From positions 12,526,263-12,590,262 of the forward strand of contig CM119264.1 in the NCBI GenBank assembly GCA_051294375.1: DNA of 64,000 nt, written 5' to 3'. The position numbers and the translations under genes were made by a program. Positions 45,714 through 58,702 of this stretch are shown one piece after another (the stretch's first letter is position 1; every line of letters starts with the position of its first letter). The stretch is from Paraspadella gotoi (taxonomy: Eukaryota > Animalia > Chaetognatha). Under the pieces are notes generated by a model. It ran no database searches and was not told the DNA's origin. It saw only the letters and a list, made by a program, of their open reading frames with translations.

Positions 45714-46666
45714 TGTCACGTGATCCTGGGAAAATGCATCAACTCAAGAAAGTCACAGTAGGGCAACACTTTGAATTTGCCTGTTGTTCTTTTGCGCTTT
45801 GTAGATTTTAATTTCCAACATCTCGATTTTATTTTTTATTTCGTAGACATGAATTAACATCCCCGAGTGTGAGGAGGCAACCATATTTTTTTTCTCAGCG
45901 TCACAGTTTGACGTCGCCATCGGGGGCTTAAGTCAATAACCACTAAATGGACAATAACGTTCCCTCCGCCAACGACGACGATTTCCCTCTATTGCTCCGG
46001 CGCCAATAACAATCTGGCGAATCCTCGCCCTCTGATGTTCTTCCATCGATGTTGATTGCCGGATCCGAGTTCATTGCTTCAATCATTTAACTCGAAAATC
46101 TCAGCGATCGCCAGGGATTGAGATTTAGAATATTCAAGGGATTTTGTTTGTGTTTTTTTTTTTTAATTTGCGTTGATATAAAAATAATTTTCGATTTCTT
46201 TTGTTCAAGATTTAAAGGAGAGTTAATCCATCTTTCACTATCATTTTCTCAAACACAAAACATTCGAGCCACACGAGACCCTATTTTTCTTATTTTTTTT
46301 CCCCCCAAACTCCTCCCTATATCATCTTTCTTTTCTTCCAATATCCAGACTTCCGTCCATCGCCCCATCTGTTTCGGGTCAGGAGTCATTTGGGACTTCG
46401 TGACAAAACCCCGGGTCGTCGCGTCATCCGCTTTCCTCGTATCCATGACACATCTCATCCAGCCTCGTTTCTAAATCAAACTTCCACTCCTGGATATCCT
46501 CTTTCACATCCCCGTTCCTCTCTTCCACATCCGGGGCTAGCGCCTCTTCGTTTCGCCGACTTCCGGTTTCTATGGAAGCGCGAAAATAATTAGCGACTTG
46601 GCGCTGAACAATGGAGTCCGGCTCATCGACGTTTCTCGGCGGGTTCGTCGGCCCTTCCGTCGGATT

Positions 46667-46749
<83 letters not shown>

Positions 46750-46879
46750 ACCCCCTCCCTACTTCACGGGTCACGTCATTGGGTTCCATTGTCGTCGATA
46801 ATACTACCAGTACCGGCCGCAGTTTTTTCTTGACATACCTCGGTAGGGAGATTGATCGGAGCGCTATCTGCTTTGGCCG

Positions 46880-46943
<64 letters not shown>

Positions 46944-47910
46944 CTCCTCTCTCTCTCTCTTTCTCTTTTTCTTTTCCCCCAACACATTCCAACTCCTTTG
47001 CCTCTCTCCAAACCCCTTGTGCTGAATCAGTAGGAACGACGTGGAAAGGGGAAAGAATCATAACCATTTGTTAGCAATCAAAAAACATCATCTTTCAGGA
47101 TTAACCCGTCTCCCATTTCTCACGACCGCCGCTGCCGCCGCCGCTGCCGCCGCCGCCGTCCTCGTTTCGGTTTTCGCCTTCTTCGTCGTCCAAGTCGTCG
47201 TCATCGTCGTTTTCGTCGTCCTCATCGTTGTCGTCGTCGTCGTTGTCTGTGCCAAAGAGAAAAAAAACCGGGTATCTGGAAATTCCGAGTGAGGGAAGGG
47301 GGTCCGGGCTTCTCAACGGGGAGCCTTTCTTTTGTAGTTGTACTGGGATACGTTATCTCTCGGTGTTAAAAAGGAATCTCGTTGATAATGGTAGAGCGGA
47401 GGTGGTCGAGATAAAAATGGCGAACAAAATGAGACGAATCGATTTTTCGAAATAAAAAAGCGAATGGAATGGAAATGGCTAATTGCACCGCAACGTGGCA
47501 TTCTGTTTTAAGGGTTGTAAGAGAGAAAGAAACTAAGGTTTACATTTGTAAACAAAACAATAGAAAAAAAGAATTCCAATCGGGGTAAAGTTTTATCAAG
47601 CATTGGAATTCGATTGGCGATTTTATTTTTATTATTCTCAGCATCTTTACTGTAGTATTATTCAAAATTTACTCTGGAAATAATGTACTTTTGAACGATA
47701 TTTTGATATTTTGTAGTTTACGTAGATTGTAAAACCACTCTCTTGGGAAGGGTTATCTCTTGGTAAGGGTTATCTCTTGGTAAGGGTTATCTCTTTCCTC
47801 CATTTCAACCAGCGAACCAGCGAAACGGCTGGAGGCAATCTGAATGGAAATGGTTGTGACTCGCTGTGAGGAAAGTCACGAACGAACAAGGATTCGAAAG
47901 AAACGATGTT

Positions 47911-47953
<43 letters not shown>

Positions 47954-48608
47954 AGGACGACGGTGACGACGATGACGAAATGTTTTGACTCTGGAAACGA
48001 ATACAACGAAAAAGAAAACGGGGGATGAAAGGGCGATTAATTGATCACTGATCACTGATCACTAATCACAGTGATAAGGTGATAGGGTCCCAAGCGAAGT
48101 GGCAAAGTGTCCTTCGTTGTTCGGTCGCGGATGGGATGACCGATAAGGCGGAGGTGCAGGTTCTGTTGAAGGCGGTGAAGATGACGGAAACTCTCGTCAG
48201 CCGTCCATCGAGAAAGGCTCGCCGACGTGGAGGATGTTTAACGACAATGTTTTGATTCGAACAAAGACGGCGCCGATGATGATGACGACGACGACAAACA
48301 CAACGACGAAGACGACGACGAATTCTTTGAACTTTGCGACGCGTAGTGGTCAGTAAGAATGTTATGGCTCACCTTTTTCAGCCAATGTGAATATTCCAAA
48401 CGATGCTGGTCACAGCCAGGTGACGACGATGAGGAAGACGATGAAAAAAAACGAAGATTGAGACGAAAGCGAAGACGACGTTAACAACGACGACGACAAA
48501 GACGACGACGACAACGACCCCCATAAAAGCAAACAATAAAAAAGGATGAAAAGTCAAACAGATACATAAAAAAAGGAGTTTGCTGCCACCTCTCTCTCTC
48601 TCTCTCTC
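45714..48608 (+). repeat. Duplicated block C, copy 1 (clean)
   Basis: tgtcacgtgatcct(a)gggaaaatgcatc occurs at 45714 and 48609; collinear up to the gct(a)gccac-(CT)n ends. Confidence 0.93.
47740..47795 (+). repeat. 17-bp minisatellite CTCTTGGTAAGGGTTAT, 3 units
   Basis: ctcttgggaagggttat ctcttggtaagggttat ctcttggtaagggttat ctctt. Confidence 0.9.
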
Positions 48609-51600
48609 TGTCACGTGATCCTAGGGAAAATGCATCACACTCAAAGATAAGCCAGATAGGGCAACACTTTGAGAATTGCCTTTGTTCTTTTGCGCTTTGT
48701 AGAATTTTAATTTCGCAACATTCGATTTTTTTTTATTTCGTAGACATGAAATTAACATCCTCGAGTGGTGAGGAGGCAACAATATTTTTTTTCTCAGGCG
48801 TCACAGTATTGACGTCGCCATCGGGGGCTTAAGTCAATAACCACTAAAGTGGACAATAACGTGCTTCCCTCGCGCGACGACGATTTCGCCTCTATTAGCT
48901 CCTGGCGCGCAATAACAATCTGGCGAATCCTCGCCCTCATGATGTTCTTCGCGATCGATGTTTGAATTTGCCGGATCCAGAGTTCAGTTGCTTCAATGCA
49001 TTTAAAACTCCGAAAATCTCAGCGATGCGTCATGGGATTGAGATTTCAGAGTCCGAATATTCAAGGGATTGTTGTTTGTGTGTTTTTTTTTTTTTAAATT
49101 TGCGTTGATTTACAAATAATTTTCGATTTCTTTTGTTCAAAGAATTAAGAAGTGAGAGTTAATCCATGCTTTCACCTATCATTTTCCTCAAACTACAAAA
49201 CATTCTGAGCCACACGAGACCCTATTTTTCTTATTTTTTTTCCCGCCCAACTGCCCTCCCTATATCATCTTTTCCTTTTGTTCTTCCAATATGCCAGACT
49301 TCCGTTCCAATCGCCCCATCTGTTTCGGGTCAGGAGTGCATTTGGGACTTCTAGTGACAAAACCGGCCGGGTCGTCGGCGGTCATTCCGCTTCTCCATCG
49401 TATCCATAGGACACATCTCATCCAGCCTCGTTTCTAAGATCAACTTCCACTGCCTGGAATATCCTCTTTCACATCCCCGGTCCTCTCTTCCACATCCGGG
49501 GCTAGCGCCTCTTCGTTTCGCCGACTTCCCGGTTTCTATGGAAGCGCGAAAAATAATTAGCGACTTGGGCGCTGAACAATGGAGTCCGGCTCATCGAAGT
49601 TTCTCGGGCGGGTTCGATCGCCCTCCGTCGGATTGTTCTCCTCTCTCTCTCTCTCTGCTCTCTCTCTCTCTCTTCTCTCCGTCTCTCTCTCTCTTCTCTC
49701 TCTCTCTGCTCTTCGTCTTCACCCCTCCCCTCTACTTCACCGGGTCACACGTCATGGGTTTCCATTGGTGGTCGACTAATACTACACGCAGTAGTCCAGC
49801 CGCAGTTTTTTTCTGACATACTCGGTAGGGAGATGTTGATCGAGCGCTTAATCTGCGTTTGGCCGCGTTTCTCTCCGTCTCTCTCTCCTCTCTCTCTCTC
49901 TCTATGCTGACGCTCTCTCTCTCTCACTCACTCAATCTCTCCATCCTCTCTCTCTCTTTTCTCTTTTTCTTTTCCCCAACCATTCCAACTCTTGCCCTCT
50001 CTCCAAACCCGCTTGTGCTAATCAGTGGAACGTACGTGGACAAGGGGAAAGAATCATAAGCCATTTGTTAGCGCAATCAATCAAAACATCATCTTTCAGG
50101 ATTAACCCGTCTTCCCATTTCTCACACACGCCGGCTGCCGCCGCCGACGCGTGCCGCCGACCGCCGTCTCCGTTTCGGTTTTCGCCTTCTTCGTCGTCGC
50201 AAGTCGTCGTCAGTCGTTCTCGTCCACGTTGTCCGTCGTGTTCTGTCCAAGAGACAAAAAAACCGGGTATCTGAGAATTCCGTAGTGAGGGAAGGGGGTC
50301 CGGGCTTTCTCCAACGGGGGAGCCTTTCTTTGTAGTTGTACTGGGATAACGTTATCTCTCGGTGTTAAAAAGGAATCTCGTATGATGAATCGGTAAGCGG
50401 CAGGTGGTCGAGAATAAAAATGGCGAACAAAATGAGACGAATCCGATTTTTCGAATAAGCGAATGGAATGGAAATGGCTAATTGCACCGCAACGTGGCAT
50501 TCTGTTTTTAGAGGGTTGTAGAGAGAGAAAGAAACTAAGGGTTTTACATTTGTAAAGCAAACAATAGAAACAAAAAGAATTCCAATCGGGTAAAGATTTT
50601 ATCAAGCATTGGAATTCGATTGGCCGATTTTATTTTTTACTTATCTCAGCATCTTTATGTAGTATTATTCAAAATTTACTCTGAAAATAATGTACTTTTG
50701 AACGATATTTTGATATTTTTGTAGTTTACGTAGCATTGTAAAACCACTCTCTTGAGTTATCTCTTGGGAAGGGTTATCCTCTTGTGTAACGGGTTATCTC
50801 TTGGTAAGGGTTAATCTCTTGGTTAAGGGTTTATCATCTTTGGGTTAGCGGAAGCGGTTATCTCTTGCGTAAGGGTTATCTCTTGGTAAAGGTTAATCTC
50901 TTGGTAATGGGGTTATCTCTTGGTTAGGGTTAATGCTCTTTAGGTGGTTATCTCTTTGGTAAGGGTTATCTCTGTGGTAAGGGTTATTCTTGGTAAGGTT
51001 ATCTCTTGGAAGGGTTATCCTGCTTGGTAAAGGGTATCTCTTGGTGAAGCGGTTATCTTCTTGTAAGGGTTATCTCTTGGGAAGGGTTATCTCTTGTAAG
51101 GGTTATCTTTGGTAAGGGTTATCTCTTGGTAGGGTTATCTCTTTCCTCCATTTCAACCAGCAGAACCAGCCGAAACGGCTGGAGGCAATCTGAATGGAAA
51201 TGGTGTGACTCGCTGTGAGGAAAGTCACGGAAGCGAAGCAAGGGATTCGAAAGAAACGATGTTGACGACGATGCACGTGACGAGGACGACTGACGACGAG
51301 GACGACGAATTGACGACGATGAACGACGAATGACGAAATGTTTTGACTCTGGAAACGAATACAACGAAAAAGAAAACGGGGGGATGAAAGGGCGATTAAT
51401 TGATCACTGATCACTGATCACTAATCACAGTGAATAAGGTGATAGGGTCCCAAGCGAAGTGGCAAAGTGTCTTCGTTGTTCGGTCGCGGATGGGATGAAC
51501 CGTAAGGCCGGTAGGTCGCAGGTTCTGTTGAAGGCGGTGAAGATGACAGGAAACTCTCGTCAGCCCGTTCCATCGAGAAAGGCTCGCCGACGCTGGAGGT

Positions 51601-51980
51601 GTTTAACGACAATGTTTTGATTCGAAACAAAGAGCGGCGACGACGATGATGATCGACGATCGACGACAAACACAAACGAAGAACGACGACGAAATTCTTT
51701 GTACTTTGCGACGCGTAGTGGTCAGTAAGAATGTTATGGCTCACCCTTTTTCAAGCCAATGTGATATTCCAAACGATGCTGGTCACAGCCAGGTGACCGT
51801 ACGATGAGGAAGACGATGAAAAAAAAACGAAAGATTGAGACGAAAGGCGAAAGACGACGTTAAACAACGACGGAGACAAAGACGACGACGACGACAACGA
51901 CCCCATAAAAGCAAAACCAATAAAAAAGGATGAAAAGTCAAACAGATAACATAAAAAAGGAGTTTGCTAGCCACTCTCTC
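48609..51980 (+). repeat. Duplicated block C, copy 2 (insertion-rich, resembles an unpolished long read)
   Basis: Same order as 45714-48608 with frequent single-base insertions. Confidence 0.93.
50749..51143 (+). repeat. Same 17-bp minisatellite, about 23 noisy units
   Basis: ~395 bp of CTCTTGGTAAGGGTTAT variants with the same flanks as 47740-47795. Confidence 0.9.
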
Positions 51981-51986
51981 TCTCTA

Positions 51987-52017
<31 letters not shown>

Positions 52018-52076
52018 ACTCTCGTCTCTCTCCTCTCTCTCTCTCTCTCTCTCCTCTCTTCTCTCCTTCGTTCTCT

Positions 52077-52107
<31 letters not shown>

Positions 52108-53533
52108 TCCGTCCCTCTCTTATTCTCGCGCACAATCATTGCTCCTTTTATTTTTAAACCCCCTCCCCAGTAGTAGAGGTACGCCCGCCAATTCAAATTT
52201 TAATGGGAACAGCACTAAACTAAATCCCATTATTGGTATTAATTTTTGCTGTTTAAAAATATTTTTTTACAAAAATGTCCGAACCATGAGTAATTCGCTA
52301 TATTAATCATTATTATATTGCTATATAAATGTCAAAATTTTTTCTTTGGATATGTTTAAGTTTTTTTAATTTGATTCTGATAGAGCTTAAAAAGTTAAGC
52401 GCAAAAATATAATTACAACTTTTTTATAAATTTTGATGTTTTATTACTAAAAATTAGTAAAAACTGCTTAAAATCATTGGGAATGATGATGATGATGATG
52501 ATTTTTTAAGGTTTTTCTCATTTAACACCACTTCATTCACAAAATATTGAAAAAAGAAATTATACTTTGTGTAGATAACTTTTCAATAAGCTATTTGAAT
52601 CTGCTTTTTAAAAATAAAAAATTCAAAAAAAAAATTTTTTCCAGCATTTCCTATCTATAATAAATATTAAAAAATTAATTACTAATGCTTCTTGCCCATT
52701 TTGAAAATTTTTGCCTCCATTGAAAGTTTTCCTGCAGAAATGTATGAGTTATCATTTGGAAAAGGTTCCCAAATTCAACCTTCTGACCCACCCACTATGA
52801 CGGGAAGTATTGGCTCTTACAGTAGCCTTGTCTTTCTCTCCTCTCTCGCAGTCTCTCTCCTCTCCTCTCTCTCCTTTTCTCTCATCTCTCGTCTCTCTCT
52901 CTCTCCTTTCTCTCTCCTCTCTCTCTCTCTCCTCNNNNNNNNNNNNNNNNNNNNNNNNNTCCTTTCAGGGCCTCCTACTGGTCCAAGGTCTTTTCTCCGG
53001 CGATATTGTTTTTTCCTTTGGCTTATTGCCTCAAAATGTTTCGAAATAAAAGGAGAAAAAGAAAGTTATTTGTTTTTTAGGTGAAGTTATTTTTTATTTT
53101 TTTGCTTCAAAATGAGAGACTAAATTTTTTCTCTCCATCCTACTTAAATGTGTTTTTCCCATTAGCGTTAGTTTCTATTGTAGGCCGTATTAAATTGAAA
53201 TAATGTTTATCTTTTATATTTCATCAAAATTTTTCGGATCGACTATTCGAGTACGTATTATCGAAATATTTGAAATAGTCTCCAAACAGAAAAACGAATA
53301 TTGAAAATATGTTATATAAATAGTATAATATTATGTATCTTCCTTTTGAATACTTTGGTGCTCCGGGCCTTGAGCTACTTGCACTTGCTACAGCAGGCTG
53401 AGAAGACGTCTTTCCAAATTAGGTTTAAATTTAGAACAGTCGTCGTCGTCGTCGTCGTCGTTGTCGTCGTCGTGTCTTCATCGTAAACTCTGAAAATGCT
53501 AGAGAGGAAAGAAAGAAAGAAATAAAAAAAGGA

Positions 53534-53614
53534 TGGAAGGAAGGAAAGAAGGAAGGAAGGAAGGAAGGAAGGAAGGAAGGAAGGAAGGAAGGAAGGAAGG
53601 AAGGAAGGAAGGAA
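53534..53614. repeat. (GGAA)n microsatellite
   Basis: Direct. Confidence 0.95.
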
Positions 53615-53740
53615 GAAAGAAAATGAATGAATGAATAAATAAATTAATGAATTACGTAACGAATGAATGAGTGAAGGAGAAGAGTTAACATAGTGGAAGA
53701 GAGAGAGAGAGAGTAGGAGAGAGAGAGAGAGGAGAAGGAA

Positions 53741-53775
<35 letters not shown>

Positions 53776-53786
53776 AGTGACGCGAG

Positions 53787-53820
<34 letters not shown>

Positions 53821-54756
53821 AAAGAGAGAGAGAGAGAGAAGAGAAAGATGAAAAATGATGATGGAGTCTTTCGACTCAAACACTTGACTCCATCGACGTG
53901 AGGGAAGGGGAAGACTCGCGCTCGGCGGAGGAAGACGACGAACTCTTCTGCTCTTTTGAATAACAACTACGAAGGAAAAGGAAGGTCGGTTAATTTACCA
54001 TTTGCCTCAATGGTTCGAGGCTGAGTTGGTATCTTGATTATTTAAAGCGTAAGGATGGATTTTGAGAGACCGGGGTTTTTTTTTTCGTAATTAACAACTG
54101 GAATTGCGTCTGATTATATCGGGTGAACTAATCTAAATGGAAATTGGTTAAAACCAATACGCCAAATAAGCTAATATTTTTATCCTATTTCGCCCTGGGA
54201 AATTTCAATAATAATCATAAATAATACCATTTATGTTTTTTGGACCATATAAAGGTTGGCCTTATCAAAAAGTCTCGTTCTCTCCATTTTGGAAAGTAAA
54301 GTATCCAAGGTCGGCATCATAAAATCTCATAGTCTAAACCCAGATGAGAGACAAAGAATTTTATATTCCCAAAAGAAGTATTATTCTACATTTATAATTT
54401 AATAATTTAAGAAATTATATTTAAAAAAAAGTCAAGAATTGAAAAGACTCAGTTCGTGACGACGACGAAGAAGAGTAACTAAAGATAAAAAAAATATAAA
54501 ATGTCAACCTTTTGTCTTTTTAATAAAACGGTTGAAAAGTTATATTCAGAAATAAAAGAAGAGAATCAAAAAAGGAGAAAATAAAATATCATCACAAATG
54601 ATGGAGAATTATCAAATATAAAAAATAAAAAAAAAAATAATCGACTGACATAAAAAAAAGGATAAAAAGATATTTCTGAGAAAAGAGAGAGAAGGAAAAT
54701 ATAACGTGAGCTTAATAAAAATAAAAACAAGTGAATGTCGGAGAGAGATGGAAAAC

Positions 54757-54832
<76 letters not shown>

Positions 54833-55304
54833 ATCTCTCTCTCTCTCCCATCACTCTTCCCACCAACCTCTTCCTCTTTTATTCCTCTATCTCTCTCTCT
54901 CTCTGTCTTCTTTCTTCCAAGACGTCTTTCATATTTCGCGATGCCATTTTCAATTCCTGGTATTCGACCCAGACTCTCTCTCTCTCTCTCTCATCTCTCA
55001 TCTCTCTCTCTCCTCGTCTCATCTCTCTCGTCTCTCTCTCTCTCTCTCTCTATCTCTTCCCCAGTGTATCGTAGATCCTTTCCGTTCCAAAACTTCTGAG
55101 GCCTCGTAACCGGAAGTGGGCGTGTCCATCGTTGCGAGGAGACGAACGATTCGAAAGATAGAGATAGAGACGGAGAGAAAGAGAGAACCAGAGATAGATA
55201 GACTGATAGATATAAAAGAAGAGAAGAAATTGAGATGAGAAATGGGAGAGAAAGAGAGAGAGAGAGAGGGACGAGAGGGAGAGAGGGAGAGAGAGAAGAG
55301 AGAG

Positions 55305-55381
<77 letters not shown>

Positions 55382-56148
55382 AGAGAGAAGAGAAAGGAGA
55401 GAAGAGAAGGGAGAGAAGTTTTTTTTTTCGGTTTTGGTTCTTTTGCTTCTCCTATTGAAAAGGATGATTGAAGAAGGAAGAGGAAGAAGAGGAGGAAGAA
55501 GGAGGATGAAGAGGGCGGAATGAAGAGAGGAGGGTAGCGATGAGAGAATGTCCCGGGGCGTTAGCCAGGGACCGTGCGGCTCTGAGCGTGGCGAATCATC
55601 TGAATCTGCGTAACGGCCAGACGCGCGTGGGCGGGTGCCACGGTACCCGACCCTCGCGAATTTCCTTCAACGCCGGCCTCTCTCTCTTCCGCACGCGAAT
55701 GATGCGAAATTATNNNNNNNNNNNNNNNNNNNNNNNNNNNNNNNNNNNNNNNNNNNNNNNNNNNNNNNNNNNNNNNNNNNNNNNNNNNNNNNNNNNNNNN
55801 NNNNNNNNNNNNNNNNNNNNNNNNNNNNNNNNNNNNNNNNNNNNNNNNNNNNNNNNNNNNNNNNNNNNNNNNNNNNNNNNNNNNNNNNNNNNNNNNNNNN
55901 NNNNNNNNNNNNNNNGCGGAAAAACGTGGGTTGTTGCGGCAGAGTTTTAGTCAACTATGAATTTTAAACACTTTTTCCTTTTTTGCTTTTCTTAATTTTC
56001 GTAATATTCATAAATGTTAAAATTTTTGTTTCGCGAGACTTTTAAACAAATTTTCCCGGGTGAAGGAGCGTCGTAGCCCTTGGCAAGAACGAAAATTCGA
56101 AGAAAAAAAGACTTGATTATAAATTAAAATGGGATAGGGAAGCGAATG

Positions 56149-56196
56149 GAGTAGCTCAGTCGCTGCCTCGATTAATTACAGGGTCGTCGTTCAAAA
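56149..56196 (+). pseudogene. Possible decayed tRNA-Lys-like fragment or tRNA-derived SINE head
   Basis: TAGCTCAGTCG (box A-like) ... TTAATtaCAGGGTCGTcGTTCaA resembles eukaryotic tRNA-Lys(CTT) TAGCTCAGTCG...TTAATCTCAGGGTCGTGGGTTCGA as I recall it. No full cloverleaf can be formed. Confidence 0.3.
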
Positions 56197-57308
56197 CTTA
56201 GAAAATCCGTATCACTTCATATCTTTTTCATTTTGTCACGCGTCGGGTCATTTAAAGGAAAAAAATTATTTAAAGATATTTAAGCAGACCTTGTTCTAAC
56301 TATTAATGCAATGCGACAAGCACTCCTACAGCTGCTCTTACTTCTGAACACTTCTGAAAGATTGAGCCACAGCTCGAAGACGGTTTACCCTACTTAGCAC
56401 AGTTTAGGGGAATTAGATGTGGATATTATCAAGCCCAGAAATGTAAGAGCATGAGAAAAATAAAACCTGTATCAGAAAGAGAAAACATCAGTGATTATTT
56501 TAGTGTATTATAAAAAGACATTCAATAACTTTTTGCCTATAAAATCTGATGACAAATTCTATTCTAAGTTTTGAATCACTGTGTAGAATCGGAAATAAAA
56601 TCAGAATTGCAGTCAAAATATTAGTAGAAATGCCGTTCGAAAAAAAACAAACCAAGTTACATTAAAGCTAAAACATTTATGTTTCTTATATTTCTAAAAA
56701 CTAATACAATTTTCTTGCTTCACACGATATTAAGTTTAAAGTTTGAAACCGGAGAATTTTTGGTTAAGGGTTCACGTGTTTTCACTTTTTTTTGTGCAGA
56801 GGTCTAAAGACTTGTACTGAATTGAATTAAGGAAATGGGGTAGGATTATCTCTTTTTCTTGGTGTAGAGGCTGGAAATTCTCGAAGCTTCGGCTTTCGAC
56901 TCCGAGAGGATGTAGGTCGCTCCCTCGCTCTCAAGCTTTTGCGCAAATATCCTCAGCATTTATCAGAAACAAGAGCAATTCCCTCTCTCTCTCTCTCTCC
57001 CCCCCCCCTCGTGCGACAGAGCGTGCATTTCCTGTCCCGCATCACCGCTCGACGTTCCCGTCTTGTTAGGCCTTTCTGTTCTCCTTTCTTCTCTCTTTCC
57101 TTCTTTCCTGTCTATTCTTCCTTGCGGTTTCCCTTGCCTCCAGTTTTATTCTCTCTGTCTCTATCCAACCCCTCCTCCTCCTTCCTCCCTTCCCCGCTTG
57201 TTTCCTTTCCCTCTCATCTCTAGAGAAACATGAACTCGTCTCTTCGCATTCCTTTTTAGCTTTTCTCCATTTAATCCCACTTTTTCCACCATTTTTTTAA
57301 GGCTCTCT

Positions 57309-57392
<84 letters not shown>

Positions 57393-58030
57393 CCTTTCTC
57401 AATACTTTCCATTCCGCCTTCGAACAATTCCACCTCCCTTCGTCTCCATAGCANNNNNNNNNNNNNNNNNNNNNNNNNNNNNNNNNNNNNNNNNNNNNNN
57501 NNNNNNNNNNNNNNNNNNNNNNNNNNNNNNNNNNNNNNNNNNNNNNNNNNNNNNNNNNNNNNNNNNNNNNNNNNNNNNNNNNNNNNNNNNNNNNNNNNNN
57601 NNNNNNNNNNNNNNNNNNNNNNNNNNNNNNNNNNNNNNNNNNNNNNNNNNNNNNNNNNNNNNNNNNNNNNNNNNNNNNNNNNNNNNNNNNNNNNNNNNNN
57701 NNNNNNNNNNNNNNNNNNNNNNNNNNNNNNNNNNNNNNNNNNNNNNNNNNNNNNNNNNNNNNNNNNNNNNNNNNNNNNNNNNNNNNNNNNNNNNNNNNNN
57801 NNNNNNNNNNNNNNNNNNNNNNNNNNNNNNNNNNNNNNNNNNNNNNNNNNNNNNNNNNNNNNNNNNNNNNNNNNNNNNNNNNNNNNNNNNNNNNNNNNNN
57901 NNNNNNNNNNNNNNNNNNNNNNNNNNNNNNNNNNNNNNNNNNNNNNNNNNNNNNNNNNNNNNNNNNNNNNNNNNNNNNNNNNNNNNNNNNNNNNNNNNNN
58001 NNNNNNNNNNNNNNNNNNNNNNNCGATGAC

Positions 58031-58062
<32 letters not shown>

Positions 58063-58404
58063 ATATCGATGCCAATGACCCCAATTTTTATTTTTTCCGT
58101 TTTATTGCTTCCAGCGAAAACATCATCGTTTCATTGATAATTGACTTTGGTTGTGAGAGACCGGGAAGGTCGGGGTTTGAGCGTTGACGGACGGTTGGTC
58201 ATAAAACCTGATAAATGATGGGAAACGAAAAGAGAATTTAAATATTTTAACTAGATACGACAATCGTTCAAAGTATGTTAGTGGAAAAAAAAAACACTAA
58301 GATAAGTAATTTTTTTCTTATTTTTATCCGTTTTGCCTTTCCATTTAATCTATTGATTGTTTGCGATGAGTATATTCATTTATTTATTTATTTATCTTTA
58401 TGTT

Positions 58405-58702
58405 CATATTTTTTTCATCATCTTCGTCCTCCATCTTTTTTTTAATTTGCATTCATCTCCCTTCATCCCCATTCATTTTCCTTTACCTTCCCTCAACTTT
58501 ATTCATCTTCATCTTCCTCATCTTCCCTCAACTTTATTCATCTTCATCTTCCACAATACCCATTTGCTTTTATCTTCATTCATCTTCTCTCATCTTTATT
58601 CATCTTCCTTCATCTGCCTTCATCTTCCTTAATCTTCATTCATGTTCCTTCATTCTCATTCATCTTCCCACTTCTTCATTCATCTTCCTTCATTTTCATT
58701 CA
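58405..58702. repeat. Degenerate (ATTCATCTTC/CTTC) low-complexity minisatellite
   Basis: Recurrent ttcatcttc(c/a)t units. Confidence 0.75.

Noticed and set aside
48405-48435. miR-2 family-like TCACAGCCAG
   Set aside because: Only a ~10-nt match; the preceding bases differ from the mature miRNA and I see no pre-miRNA hairpin.
50749-51143. CRISPR array or telomere
   Set aside because: Units are head-to-tail with no unique spacers, there are no cas genes, and the 17-bp unit is not a pure TTAGG or TTAGGG run.
55549-55600. HDV-like ribozyme (GTCCC, GGGAC, TGGCGAAT words)
   Set aside because: The elements are in the wrong order and the nested double pseudoknot cannot be built.
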